From Owenia fusiformis (taxonomy: Eukaryota): a stretch of DNA of 64,000 nucleotides. The notes below the pieces were generated by a model that had not been told where the DNA came from, did not search any database, and saw only the letters and a list, made by a program, of their open reading frames with translations. The DNA lies in the NCBI GenBank assembly GCA_903813345.2, contig CAIIXF020000001.1, forward strand, positions 33,542,001 to 33,606,000. Direction: 5' to 3'. A program made the position numbers and the translations under genes. Shown here one piece after another: positions 14,106 to 27,726 of the stretch. Each line of letters begins with the position of its first letter. Within the stretch, counting starts at the first letter, position 1.

Positions 14106-16283
14106 CAGAGCTGTCAAGTGTCCCGCGAATGGCGGGATTATCCCGCGAATTTGATCAAAATTAGGCTAATTCGCGTGTCCCACAATGTCCCGCGAAGTCC
14201 CGCAAATGTGGCTTTGACATACGCGAATTTCCGAAATTGTTGCAATCCCCTATATTGTGATTATCTTATCTTTTATAAGAAGCTAAGTTTTTGCACTTTT
14301 GAGGAGTAAAGTTTACCTAATTTTAAGTACCTAGCATGCTGTTGTTTGGTATTAAAATAAAGGGGAAAGGTTCAACTTTCATTTTAATTACAAAAATAGG
14401 GATGTAGGTCACAAATAGTTCCAACGTTGGCCTTTTTACTACCCGTGTGGCCTTCATCTCAGAACTGAGCAAATATTAGCAAACTCGAGTTACAATAAAT
14501 GGACGCTGATATCTAGAAAGGGTTTGTAGAAAAACACGGGTACCGGGTAGTAAATCCTCCATGCTGGGTTCAAACTTGGTACCCGGTACCCGGTCAAAAA
14601 AACGGGAACCCAAAAAACGAAAAATACGAATATATAACATAATAGATTATGAGAAAACGTGCAAGATTTGTTTTGAATTTACAAAAATGTATGTAACATC
14701 CTTCAAAATTGAGCTAGAAGCTTCAAATAAAAAGCATATTTTAAGGCTCTTTTCTTCCTCTATCATCATGGCCATATTTTCATTGGTTATGGGGGGGGGG
14801 GGGGTGCGATCGCACCATCGCACCCTCTCCTGGCTATGACATTGTAAGACGCCTATGACATTGTAAGACATAACAATTTACAATTCAGTGGACATTTTGT
14901 CGAAAATTGGGATAACTTAAATTATGATTAATAATCAAAATCTTACACGTTGCATCATTTAAATTAACACACGTCACCTCTCTGCTAAAGCAACGGTAGT
15001 TATTTACAGGTTTAAATCATAATCAAAACAATTCATGTACCAACATACGAAGTATTGAAAATAGAGTAAGATTGATTTGTCTTGTTTTTCAAATCGTCTT
15101 ACAATGTCATAAAATGCCTTAAAATATGCTTTTTATTTGAAGCTTCTAGCTCAATTTTGAAGGAAGTTACATACATTTTTGTAAATTCAAAACAAATCTT
15201 ACACGTTTTCTAATGATCTAATTATGTTGTATCGTATATTTCGTTTTTTGGGTACCCGTTTTTTGACCGGGTACCGGGTACCAAGTTTGAACCCAGCATG
15301 GAGGATTTACTACCCGGTACTCGTGTTTTTCTACAAACCCTTTCTAGATATCAGCGTCCATTTATTGTAACTCGTGTTTGCTAATATTTGCTCAGTTCTG
15401 AGATGAAGGCCACACGGGTAGTAAAAAGGCCAACGTTGGAACTATTTGTGACCTACATCCTTATTTTCGTAATTAAAATGAAAGTTGAACCTTTCCCCTT
15501 TATTTTGATACCAAACAACAGCATACCGGGTACCAAGTTTGAACCCAGCATGGAGGATTTACTACCCGGTACCCGGTTTTGTATACAAACCCTATCTAGA
15601 AAAGTAACCTCATTTGCTATAATTTGATGTAGATTAATCGAACCCCTATATCATGGTCTTTCAATTGAAAGCCCATGCCTACAGTATATGAATAGGTTCA
15701 TTTTAATATATAACATTATGGGGGTAATCGTTTCATAGTTGGTCACGACGCCAGAAGTGCAAAGTATTGTTTCGAATTTTTGAATTTCGTGTTAGATTAC
15801 GTACTCACACCTGAAGCATGGTTTTTGTTTTTGATAAATTACAATGAAGTATAATAATATTCCTATTATATTTGATTAATCAGTATCTGAAAGTTTGATT
15901 TAAGTACTTTTACATGCTTTTACATTAGTCCCAATCACGCAAATCCCTTGAATGTCCCGGGACATCCTGCAAATTTAGGTGGATATCCCGCGAAATCCCG
16001 CAAATTTAGGGCACTTTGTCTAAAAAATCTGTCCCTCTATGAAGTTTTTGGTGGTACCCCTGTTAACTGTCCCGCAATTAGGGTGTTTGTCCCTCGAATG
16101 GTCCCGCAAAATCCCGCTAATTTGATAAAAAAAAATTGGCCTATTAGCACAATCACGCAAATCCCTTAAATGTCCCGCGAAATCCCGCGAATTTAGTAGA
16201 TGTCCCGCAAAATCCCGCAAATTTTGGGCACTTAGTCTAAAAAATCTGTCCCGCGAGAAAATCTTTACGGGTTGACAGTACTG
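14106..16283 (+). mobile_element. CAG..CTG MITE with 6-bp TSD, long composite form with internal inverted duplication
   Basis: Same ends as 3550-5486; TSD CTTATG. It interrupts a HINE-like remnant whose sequence continues at 16290 (ggtgttggacctctgctcaag, cf. 24407). Confidence 0.88.
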
Positions 16284-16647
16284 CTTATGGGTGTTGGACC
16301 TCTGCTCAAGAAGGAATTTACAATATGGCCACTTAATTCAAAATGGCTGCCATTTATAATAAAAATGTAATTTTTGATAACTGAAATACTAGAGGTTGCA
16401 ACGGTACTGAAAACCAGTACCGGTAACCGTCACGCTAATAACCGTACCGTTACCGAAATACCGGTAGAAATATGTAAGATAAAATGCCAATGCGCTGCCA
16501 CCCCTCCCCACTTTGTTCCTAACTCTCTCCGTAGCTTCTCAAGTCTATATGCATACGTAATAGCAACCCTCCTACATCCAACTTACAAAAAGATGATAAG
16601 GACTCTAATGGCCAACGTATGTTAATATATATTTCGTTTATATTTAA

Positions 16648-18321
16648 AGAACAGGTCCATTTAACAGACTATTGGTCAACTTAGACTTTTTCCAAAAAAC
16701 TCATTCTTCCATTTACTTTCAAAACCGATTGCAAGTTGTAGATAAACCTTTTTTCTTGAGGTGTGCAAATTCAAAAAGTGGCATTAGTTTTCAGTTTCTT
16801 TGATAAATTGGCAGTAAGAACCCCTATCACAAGGCTGTCTGAATATGGGTACACACTATGTTTACCATCAAAATAATATCAAAACTTCTCATTACATAGA
16901 ATTTATTATATGGAACATATGACATACAAGCATTCGGAGTACACCATTGAAAAAATCTAGCTATGTATGAAGTTTACCAATGCAAATCTGGAAAACATTG
17001 TCATTTTTTTGTTCACTTTGTTATCAAGTTTTAGCATGGTGCTCATTTCCTTTCGTTGAAAATTTAACCATCAGCCCATTCTCCTACAAAAAAGATATTG
17101 AAACTGTATAATGCAGAGACTGTAAAGTAGCTTCTCTGCAAATATCATTTTTGTGGGAGTGTGGGCTCACCACTAAAACTTCACTTTTGTGATGAAAATA
17201 AGGCTGACTGGTTTATGTTTTCAATATGGCTGCTAACCTGGGCATACATGTACACTACAATATAACTGCATGTACAGATTAGGCCATTCAAAATTAATTA
17301 TATGTTGGCATTCTGATGAAGGGCCTTTCTATTAAAAATAAAAACTACAAAACCTTTATTTATTTAAAGGGTTTTATATATTATTTAATAGTGAAAATGA
17401 AGCAACACTTAGTGGAAAAGCAAGTAACACCTCTTGATTCAGATGACCTTGTGAATGAAGACAATACTAAAGCTTATATACATGTAGTTTTTAATCAGTC
17501 TTGGAACTCATTTCAATACAATATAATTCATGATCACAATTCCCTCTGTCATTTAAATGCATTTCAAGTACATAGTACATGGGAACATTCTGTTTTTTTC
17601 TGAAAACATAGAATTTAGTGATATTATAATTATTTTTGAATGGCCTAAGTGTTTTTGTAAATAGGGAATAAGTAGAAATTATTTTAGGCAATCTTTTGAG
17701 TGTCATGCCATTTATACACGATGCTGCCTTATATTTTATGGTATATATTGAAATTCAAATATGGGGACTGCAATTGGCAAATAAAACTAAGTCTCCATAC
17801 AGACATTTAATTTTAAATTCCAATGTAGATGCCAATGGGCATCTACATTGGAAATGCCCATGTCATGAGCATTTAAAATAATAATCAAATCCCAATTCTT
17901 AAAACATGCTTCTATTAGGATACTGTTAGAGTCTCAAAAGACAACAAGAACATTCAATTTTGAAACAAGAAAATTTAGTTCCCCCAAAAATGCTCATAAG
18001 GGGATTTATTCTCAAGATTTTCATGTAATTGCTCTTGAGAATTTATTAGAAAATATTTTTATTTCCATTCACATGTCTTATTATCAGTCAAAATCAAAAT
18101 TTAGCCAATTGCTTTCATTTCTTGTATTAGAAAACGGCAAAATTTTGACAAAAATAGCATCTTTCAAAGTTGACCTTTAAACCACCCTAATGTCAAGGTC
18201 AAATGTCTAAATTCTCAGAAATCACATTTTAAGTAATAAGTCATACTTCCTCTTCAATTCCATGTCAATATATACTTGTTTTGAAGGGGGGCTAAAAGAG
18301 GGGTTTACCGCCACCTGTCCT
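16648..18321. mobile_element. Kolobok-like non-autonomous element nested in the hAT derivative
   Basis: TTAA on both sides; short TIRs AG(A/G)ACAGGT. The left ~620 bp recurs at ~55869-56490. Confidence 0.65.
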
Positions 18322-18480
18322 TTAAAAATTAAAACTTGCGAAAGGCACGGGAGTTCAGATTCTTTTATTTATTTGTTTGCCAAAACAGCAGAGAGCTTGT
18401 ACTTTATTTTGTTCACAATTAAAAGCTCAGATACTATCACAAAAAATTAAAGTTACAAATTAAATATAATACGAAATGCT

Positions 18481-18786
18481 ATTCCTGCGTCATCCGTGTC
18501 AAGTGAACGCCAATTCAGTGCAGCTGGCACCATCACTTCCAAACAGGCACGACTTCAACCTGAGGTAATTGTCAATGCCTTGCTGTTCGTAAATGACTAT
18601 TACAAACATAATTCAGTTTCTTGATCTGACGTTGACACTACAACTACACCGGAACTGCCAAACATAACTACAACCAAATCTGAGTCTGAGCATGAAGCTA
18701 CTACACCCGAACTGCCAAACATGAACATCACACCTGAACTGCCAAACATGGAAATCACACCTGAACTGCCAAACATGGACATCTAA
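18481..18786 (+). pseudogene. hAT transposase C-terminal dimerisation-domain remnant
   Basis: IPASSVSSERQFSAAGTITSKQARLQPEVIVNALLFVN, then a stop, then short TPELPNM repeats. Confidence 0.85.
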
Positions 18787-19270
18787 ATGTCTATGTAAAT
18801 GTACGCATCGTGAAAGTGGAAATTAAACGAAATAATTAAAAAACGACGTGTCTTTTTTTCCCCGGGGATTATCATCGGTTAACTGGTTAATAATTTCAAT
18901 ACCGGTAAATGCTCAATTCCGTACCGAAACCGTATAACCGGAATTACCGTCAGCCTCTATCAGAGCCTTTGCTCCACAAATATTATCCGCCTAGTAATCG
19001 TGACAATCGAAACAGAAATACTGAAGTACTGAATTCACTGCTGCTTACTCTGTATCTATAAATGTTCCTGACATCAATGGCCTTTGCCTGTGAAACAACG
19101 TACTAAGGGGGAAATTTTCTACAAGAATTAAAATGGCGGTTTTAACGGAGAATAATGAATTGTCTGGAGATTTTCGAAAACGAACATTAACAAATGGCTG
19201 AAATTCCGGGTAAAAACATTTCTGTCTGTTTAGACTCACTTCAGTGGTTTATTTCTAGTTTGTGCTTAAT

Positions 19271-21060
19271 CACAGGCTGGTATCGAAAGATTTGTCCGCT
19301 GTGACGGAGCATGCTATTTTTCATAAAAACACCAAGAATGCTTCACGATTTATTTTTTAACTCATATGTTTCGTTATATCAAAGATAACTCCATGCAATG
19401 GATATATCATTTGCATGTAACCTTCACTTCTGTTTGAAATCCAATAACGCTAGGAGTAAAATCTATTGAAAACGGCGCCAGAGTATCAAACTCTAAAATG
19501 TACCATTTCTTTTTTAACTTTTTAATGGCATAATATAGTGACACGATAACATTAACATATGTTTTCAGCATAACTCTGAATGTATTAATGAGATATTAAT
19601 GCATTGGGTCTTTTTAATTTTTTTATAAAAAATAATATTAATATTTTTTGTTCGCTGTGACGGAGCATTTTCACAGTTCACATTTGCAACTGCTCCGAAC
19701 CAGCAGACAAAAAAATTAAACATTATTTTTTAATAAAGAATTAAAAAGTCCAAGTATAAAAAAAAACGCAACAAAAAGTTATCTTGTAAAATCACAAAAC
19801 CAGTGATGACTACATGAATTTCATTTAATGTACCATAAAGCCATGTCTCTCCTCTTTGCAATGATATGTCATTCATTCACATGTGGTAATGGTTGGGTGA
19901 GAAATCCTTCCATTTGCACAGTGGGTCAAAATTGGCTCTGCACCAAGTTTTAGATATTGAAAAAATCAGTGCAAGGTCTAAGTGCCAATGGAAGTTCCCC
20001 TGACTTGAATTGTTGTGACCTTTTCTTTTGGAGCTATCTCAGGAGCATCTGTGCTCACAATTCCTCCACCAGATATTGCAAAACCTCGAGAAAGATTTGC
20101 CCATGGGATGCTTTTCTTTGCTTTAACCCACACATGATTCAGGGTTGAACCATGCATGAGGTGGACAGATGAGCGCATCTTTATGTGCAAGGAAGTGGTG
20201 GCAATTTGGAGGGGTATAGGATGTATTCTTGCAAGAGTATGAGTATGAACACTTTACTGTCTATGTCATACCTGTCACACCTTCTTCCAATAGCCCCTAT
20301 GCCCCTTGTACTGACTTTTGCAATGTTTTAAACTTGGGTCCGAGCTGAATTTTGCCCTACTTTGCAAAATTAATGATTATTCGGCCAGAGATGACTCCCA
20401 GTGAATGAATGATATTCCATTGCAAAGAGGAGTAATTAAAAGGATGCAGTCAGTCTTGGTTTTATGTTTTCGTCAAATATTGCATCGGGCTCCGTACGCT
20501 GACTTTTGCAATGTTTATAACTTGACCCAAAGCTAATTTTGGCCTACTTTGCAAATGAAATGATTACTCACCCAACCATGACCAAATATCAATGAATGAT
20601 ATATCATTGTAAAGAGGAGACACATGGCTTTATGGTGCATTTAATGAAATCAATGCTGTTACCACTGGTTTTGTGCTTTTCCAAGATAACAGTCTGTTGC
20701 GTTTTTTTTGATACGCACTGTACATCAACATCTCATTTATACTTTCATAGTTATGCTGAAACCATGTATAAATATTATTGTGTCACTATATCATGACATT
20801 AGAAAGTTAAACAAGAAATGGTACATTTTGAAGTATGATACTCCGGCACCATTTTCAATAGCTTTTCTTCCCAGCGTAATTGAACTTCAAACAGAAGTGA
20901 AAGTTACCCGCAAATGATTTATCCATTGCATGGAGTAAGTAATTTTGTATGGTATAACGAAACATAAGAGTTAAAAGATAAATCGTGAAGTATTCTTAGT
21001 GTTTTTATGAAAAATAGCATGCTCCGTCACAGTGGACAAATATTTCGATACCAGCCTGTG
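19271..21060. mobile_element. Long-TIR DNA element with CAC termini and 5-bp TSD (Transib-like)
   Basis: TIRs of about 240 bp starting CACAGGCTGGTATCGAAA; TSD TTAAT. An isolated end of the same family is at 28354-28540. Confidence 0.75.
19980..20220 (+). pseudogene. Tc1/mariner-superfamily transposase C-terminal remnant
   Basis: SSPDLNCCDLFFWSYLR (cf. SPDLNPCDFFLWGYLK) and, in another frame downstream, VQGSGGNLE (cf. GGHFE). Confidence 0.6.
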
Positions 21061-21469
21061 TTAATACAGGGGATTAACAGCCTGTGTTAATACAGGGGCT
21101 CAGGGGATTGAGCCAAATTTCTTTACTTGATGCCTCCGGTTTGGAGGGAGCAATCTGGATGGGGCCAAATTTCTTTACTTGATGCCCCGGGTTTGGAGGG
21201 AACAATTTATGTATTTGTTATTTGAAATGTATTATAGGGGAATGGGCAATATTTTGTTATGTATTCAATTGTATTTTGAATATTTATTATGGGTCCCTCC
21301 CATTGACTAAGGGCAATAGAAATATTATAAGAAAATATTAATATGACTCTATTGCTGCCATCTTTATATTGGCTCAAAACCTATGATGTCTAACAGAAGT
21401 ACTAATAGAACTAGTGTGTAGTTATTAATTAATTTAAAGATGGCAGGATTGTATAACCATTTAGTAGTT

Positions 21470-22480
21470 TTTTGCTCACACAGTGAGCCTATGGAATTGA
21501 CCAGGCGTCCGTCCGTCCGTTGGTCCGTCCGTCTGTCCGCCTGTCCGTTGGTCCGTCCGTCAACATTGGCCGCACAAATTAAAACTGCTAATCGGATTGA
21601 GTCATATCCACATTCATTTTATGCATATCCATAATGCCTATTTGACCTATCATCGCCATTTCCCAAGTTCGCCCGGTTTCCGAGAAATTGCGGATTTTGA
21701 CGTCAAAAAGTCCAATTTTCTGTAAATACTAGACACTTTGTTGAAGTAGACCTTTCAAATAACTTTTAGTAGTTGCTGTATATGCAACTTATGTCCTCTG
21801 AAGATTTCAAAGCTCTTGAAATTACAATTTTTGTTTTTTACTCAATAAAATTTGACAAAAAGTAGGACTTACATGTAGTCATAGAAACTTTCTCATGTAT
21901 AAAGTCAGCGGCAGGTTTTGTGATTGACAAGTTTCTCAAAGTTTGCCTTATACTTGATCATTTCAGTGCAATGAATTACATCATTACTAGATTTAAGCAT
22001 TCCCTACATATTGCTCAATATATGTCAGCATCAAATTTTTACCGTTTTTAAGATATTTGACGTAAAAAAAACAGTAAAAATAAGTTATTTTTCAACTTGC
22101 TTCAATTTGACCAATTTTTTTTTTGAAATCATCTACAAGTTGCCAGGAGTTCAAATCCGACATTAGTTTTAGGATTTGACCTTTACTTGACCTTCAGTGA
22201 CCTTCGAAAGGTCTAAAAAGTTGATTTTTGAAATAAATAAAATTAAAAATGATTTTTGGATGTAAATTTTGGTAAGCTTAATCACAAAAGACCTTACTGA
22301 GCTCTGAATTAGTAAAATTTTCAAGGTCAAAGGTCATCAAACCAGGTCACACAACTGTGCTATCTAAGTTTGTCAAAGTTTGAGACTTCGAATCCAAATC
22401 AATATTTTGGTTTGAAAGTCAGTATATACATTCCTCTGAAGGTTCCAAACTGTGTGAGCACAGGACCGTGGGTCCTTCAT
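21470..22480 (+). mobile_element. HINE-like element
   Basis: subTIRs TGCTCACACAG / CTGTGTGAGCA, GTCC microsatellite, 3' hairpin AGGACC-GTG-GGTCCT, T-rich 5' flank. Confidence 0.8.
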
Positions 22481-22821
22481 TATTGTTTGTTCTAAATATA
22501 GATATCAGTATAGTAACTTTATCGGAGATTTGCAAAATTGTAAAAGTAACATTTCAAATCACGATCGAATTTCTGCCGATATAGATGAATAAAGCTATTC
22601 ATCAACAGATTGTGTACTGTTCATATCTCAACTTCGAAGAAAGAAAGGTGCACATATGTCCATTAACTATCAAGATATCGAGGGGAAAAATCAAAGAAAC
22701 CCCCAGTTCAAACTTCCCCGGGAAAATTCCTACCCTGTAGACGATTCCGGGTTGATGATACTCAAGCATAACTTGCTGGAAGTATTCTTTGGATTTATGT
22801 TGTTCAAATCTTATCTTATTA

Positions 22822-23241
22822 CAGAAAATGTCACGCAAATACGCATTTTACCTGGTAATTGTCAAGCAAAAAAATTTCTGTAGAAAAATTTGTAAAAAAG
22901 ATCGTCTACACAGCAAAAATACGAACGCCGGAAAAAATGTGTACGCATTTCGTTCGGACTTTTCACGCGAATTACGTATATGTCACGCATTCCGTTCGAA
23001 ATTTTTCGTATCTACCCCCCCCCCCCCCCCCCCCGTTGATGGAAGAGTTTGAAACGCGAGAGTAGCGAGCACGAAAAATTTGAGGTGCTCAAAATTTGGC
23101 AAGGTGTAATAAAGTTTAAACCAAGGTGTTCAAAATTTGGATCAAGGTGTTCAGTTTTGGACCAAGGTGTTCACATTTTGAGGGGAGGTGTTCAACATTT
23201 CCAAGTCACTCATGTTAGGTGTTCCCAAGTTGACAGGCCTG
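22822..23241 (+). mobile_element. Right half of a CAGGCCTGTCAAC-family MITE; a left half lies inverted at ~23915-24175
   Basis: Ends GTTGACAGGCCTG; body matches 2170-2358 and 106-343; 22825-23000 is the reverse complement of ~23915-24095. Confidence 0.7.
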
Positions 23242-24262
23242 CATAACTTTAGTAAAATATTTCAATTTACTATCGAATTTCTGCCAATATCAAAGGACTA
23301 AGCTACTCTACGAAAGATTGTTGATATGTACACTGTTCATATATTAAATCTGCAAAGGAATGATGCAAATATATTCATTATCTATCGAGAAATCGAGTAA
23401 AAAAATTGAAGAAACCTCACTTCAAAAGTTCAACACTAAACCGTACACTCTCACAAATGGTATTCTCCATAAAAGGTAAAAAGGGCGGAGTTAATACTTT
23501 ACTGTCTGGAAATTGACACTCTCCACGAATGGCAAAAAAAGCAGAGTTTACCTATATGTATGGGCAAACAATTTGCGTGATTCTTCAAGAAAATCATGTG
23601 AATTAAGGCCATTGCTTGATTTTGCTCTGTTGCTCCAGGCAACTCGTGAGACTTGCCTCCTTACCCAATCAGAAGTTTCAATTTTGAGTGACATTGCATA
23701 CTAATTCTCAAGTCTCAGAAGTTAATTAGATTTTTAACTTAATTAACTTTTATATTTTTTTGCATTTAAAACATAATTAACATTACAGTTTTATATGTTG
23801 TACCTAAAATACAGTAAAATTGACACAAAAAGGCCACCATTTTGAAACTGGTGGCCATTTTCAGAAATGGCTTTTTGGGAAAATTTGTACTCACGTAAAT
23901 CACTCGGTAAATTTTCGAACGGAATGCGTGACATATACGTAATTCGCGTGAAAAGTCCGAACGAAATGCGTACGTTTTTTTTCGGCGTTCGTATTTTTGC
24001 TGTGCAGACAAACTTTTTTTGAAATTTTTCTACAGAAATATTTTTGCTTGACAATTACCAGGTAAAATGCGTATTTGCGTGACATTTTCTGTCACGCAAA
24101 AATAACTGGCGTGACTTCGAATTCTTCAGCAAATGCGTGACAAATACGCAAATTGCGGGACAGTTGACAGGCCTGTAACCCATATCTAAAACTATAAATG
24201 TCATGCAAAAATAAAGGCATGATTGGTTGCTACAGTGAAAAACAAAAATACATGTGGCAATA

Positions 24263-25400
24263 ATTATCCCACCGAATGAAATTCGAGGGGGATATAGAAA
24301 AGCTGTCCGTCCGTCTGTCAGTTCGTCAGTCTGTTTGTGTGTCTGGGCAATATCTCAAATACCGGTTGACGGATTTCATTCAAATTTTATAGGCTTATGC
24401 CTTTTGGGTGTAGGACCTCTGCTCAATAAGGAATTTTCAATATGGCCACTAAATATAAAATGGTGGCCATTTTTAACTCAAATACTAGTGGATGGATTTG
24501 GTTCAAATTTTATATGCTGTTGCCTGGGTCTAAAGGAGCCTTGCTTAAGAAGACATTTTCAAGATGCCCACCATATTTCAAAATGGTGGCCATTTTTCTT
24601 AAAAAAACGTTATCTTTGATAACTCAAATCAAATACAAGTTGACTGATTTCATTCAAATTTTAAAGGCTTATTGGGTGTAGGACCTCTGCTCCAGAACAA
24701 ATTTCAATATGGCCACTTAATTAAAAATGGCAGCCATTTTTCGGAAAAAAAAATCTTTAATAACTGAAATACTAGTGAATGGATTTGGTTTAAATTTTAT
24801 ATGCTGTTGCCTGGGTACAAAGGAGCTTTGCTCAAGAAGACATTTTCAAGATGGCCACCATGGTAGCCATTTTTCGTAAAAAATGTAATCTTTGATTAAT
24901 CAAATACCATTGAATGTATTTGGTTCAAATTTTACATGCTGATGCCTAGGGACATAGGAGCTCTGCTCGAGAAGGGATTTTCAAGATGGCAGCTAAATTT
25001 CAAAATGGCCACCATTTTTCATAAAAGAACATAACCTTTGATAACTCAAATACCAGTTGATGGATTTGGTTCAAATTCTATATGCTGATGCCTAGAGACA
25101 AAGAAGTTCTGCTCAAGAAGACATTTTCAAGATGGCCACTGAATTTCAAAATGGCCACCATTTTTTGTAAAAAACATAATCATTGATAACTCAAATATCA
25201 GTGGATGGATTTGGTTCCAATTTTATATGCTGATGTTTAGGGGAAAAGGAGATCTGCTTCAGAAGAAATTTCAAAGACGTCAGCTGAATTTCAAAATCGC
25301 TGCCATTTTTCATATAAAAGGTAATCTTTGATAACTCAAATACCATTGGACGGATTTACTTCAAATTTTATATACTGATACCTAGAGATGAAGGAGCTCT
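24263..25400 (+). mobile_element. 3'-truncated HINE-like element with ~140-bp tandem units
   Basis: 5' ATCCCACCGAAT...ATTCGAGGGGGAT hairpin, GTCC microsatellite, repeated GGATTTGGTTCAAATTTTATATGCTG units. Confidence 0.7.
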
Positions 25401-26419
25401 GCTTAAAGTGCCTGATAAACTATAAAATGCGCATGCGTCCAGGTGTTGATAAACTATAAATAGCGAAAACCCAGGGTTTGTCATCACAAGGTACAGTAAG
25501 CCAGGACGTGTTGAGTGAACATCTAGTGTTGATATTGAATTTACATGTAGCCAGATAAGTTTCCTTATTGAAATTACATATAGTTATTAGCAATACTTTG
25601 TAGGTGATAATTAATAAAATATGAGTATATATGAGAGAAATTGGCCATTTAGAACCTGTTGAAAGTTTGTGGCTCTCGGCTACACCCGGGAATTTACTTC
25701 CATGAGTACAGACACAAATGTGGGGCTCCCCAAGAGGTACGCGAGAAGGTGACCTGGCATCAAATGTACGACTAAATGCTTCTATCGAGTAGATAAAAGA
25801 ACGAATACGATAATAAGTTATTGCAAACGACAATTCTGAGCATTCATCTCACTGAAGTATTTTGAAGTGAAGAAAATATGATTTTTGTTTTGAAACATGG
25901 ATTCAGATGAACGTAACTTCATTCTGACAACTAATCAAAACTGAACAAAATTGATTATACGTAACAGACGATTTATTGTTTTACAATGTTTTGATCGGCT
26001 AAACGAATGAACCCAAGAAATTATGACATGTAAAATGGCAATTTTGAAATGTAAAATTTAAAAGTGACAAACACAACCTCCCTATCCACTCTTTATGAGC
26101 CCTAATATGTACATGCAGCAGTGGTAGTGTACAGCTTGTTATCACACTACTGGGCTTTGTATTCTAAAGCTTGTTGTTTTTAATAACACTGTTCACTCGA
26201 CGTAAATGTTTTGTGTGTGTGCAGTCAACGATAATCATTGTTTTATCCCGGTTACCGGGGTATTTGACCTCGGCAATTATAACAAAACCGTACTAAACGA
26301 AAAAAACGCAAATAAGAGAAACATTTCACACACATATAAAAAATGAACTAGTCTAATCCGCCAGTATAAACTCTGTTATATACGTAGCTACTTATTCTGC
26401 TCGTTTGTGTTTTTTTCAG

Positions 26420-26602
26420 TTTTGATGTAGAGAATGGGTCATCCCCTGGTAGGAGTCCCCTGGATGGTGCCAGCCCTTCATCAGGTCTTGTTCTACAAAA
26501 CTTACCTCAGCAAAGACGGGAATCATTTCTCTATCGCTCAGACAGTGATTTTGATCTTTCGCCAAAGAGCCTGTCCCGTAATTCATCATTAACCAGTGAC
26601 TT
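26420..26602 (+). CDS. PDE4: Internal coding exon of a PDE4/dunce-type cAMP phosphodiesterase (UCR1 N-terminal half with PKA site)
   Basis: Polypyrimidine acceptor (tgtgtttttttcag|) and donor (|gtaagt); 183 bp, phase 2-2. Translates as [60 protein letters not shown](L), matching the PDE4 long-form sequence [39 protein letters not shown]. Not in the ORF track. Confidence 0.95.
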
Positions 26603-26865
26603 GTAAGTATATTTTTAGTCATTAAGCACTGATCATGAAGATACAAAATTCAATGGTACATCCTGAGCTTTTTATGTCACCATCACGGATTGGAGTCTGT
26701 GTTCTTGCGAAACTTGGAAATACAGTATATCAAATTTTAAGAGGATGGGAAACATGAATTCAAAAAATTAAGCTAACACAAATGTTAATAATACATTGTT
26801 GAATTTTCACTATGTAACGACCCTTGATAGCAAGTTGCTACTACAGTCCAGCTGTAGTGGCTTAA

Positions 26866-26937
26866 GCCTCTTTAGCTCAGTCGTAGAGCATCAGACTTCG
26901 GAACCAAGGGTCCTAAGTTCGATTCCCATGCGGGGCA
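26866..26937 (+). pseudogene. tRNA-derived module in 5' LTR
   Basis: Near-identical to 27900-27972, with a 1-nt deletion in the D loop and a G>A change at the start of the B box. Confidence 0.8.
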
Positions 26938-27035
26938 TTGAATTTAGCACACTTTCTTTCAATTTCTTTATCTGGCTTGTTATACACTATGCTCGTTAGT
27001 TCGTTAGTTAGTCATTCCCCTGGGGCGCCCTCAGT

Positions 27036-27711
27036 TTTTTTGTTTTTTTTTCATTTCTCATTTATTCCAAATATAACATAAAATACATTACAATATTATT
27101 GCCTACGTTTTTCAACATTGTCGGCAATATACAAAACATATAAAAATGGAAACAATGAAAATACAATAGATAAGGTACATAATATTAATGGCAGAGAATG
27201 TTAGAGGCTTTCAGGGGGGGGGGGGGGGTTAATCTAAAATATCAAGAGCCTGGCAGATGTAATGGCTAACTATATGAATAATTTGTTCATTATCAGTTAC
27301 AGTGAGATTTCTGTCTCCAAATAATAAAAATTGAATTTTTTCATGAGAGTTTAAATTTTGGAAACGATTGAAAAATCCTAAGGTTTTTAGTCCTGCTAGG
27401 AGAGTGCATCTTTCTTGTTGCAGCGGAGGGCAGTTTAATAAAAAGTGATGCGTTGTTTGTTGTATGTCACCACATACGCAGAAAGGGTCATTTACTGTCA
27501 CAAAGTTATGGGAATATAAATGTGCTTTTAGAATCAGTCCAGCTCTAAATCTATTGAACAGAATTTCAATTTTCCTTGGCATTGTCATATTCATTTTAGT
27601 AGTGGATACTCTGGAGTCAGGGCTCATATTTCCTCTTACTAACCTTTTAAATCTAGATATTGGTTGGCCTTTCCTGTCCTCATATGGTATGTCATCCCAC
27701 AGGGTCATAGA
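27036..27711 (-). mobile_element. 5'-truncated LINE 3' fragment (CR1/L2-group-like) inserted in the TRIM 5' LTR
   Basis: ORF 27229-27708 (-) carries the LINE C-terminal Cys/His motif NRFRAG...DPFCVCGDIQQTTHHFLLNCP. A-rich tail seen as the T-run at 27036 onward; 7-bp TSD CCTCAGT (27029-35, 27712-18). Confidence 0.85.
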
Positions 27712-27726
27712 CCTCAGTCATTACAT

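Larger units (their letters stand above)
16390..18959 (+). mobile_element. hAT deletion derivative
   Basis: Imperfect TIRs TAGAGGTTGCAACGGTA / TACCGTCAGCCTCTA, subterminal ACCG repeats and an internal transposase remnant. No TSD seen. Confidence 0.7.

Noticed and set aside
442..16220. Recurrent ORFs such as MNVPGHPANLGG and MLGSNLVPG found in several places
   Set aside because: They recur because the non-coding MITE is repeated; stops and frameshifts differ between copies and there are no transposase motifs.
26416..26646. 76-aa minus-strand ORF from the track
   Set aside because: It is the antisense shadow of the PDE4 exon.
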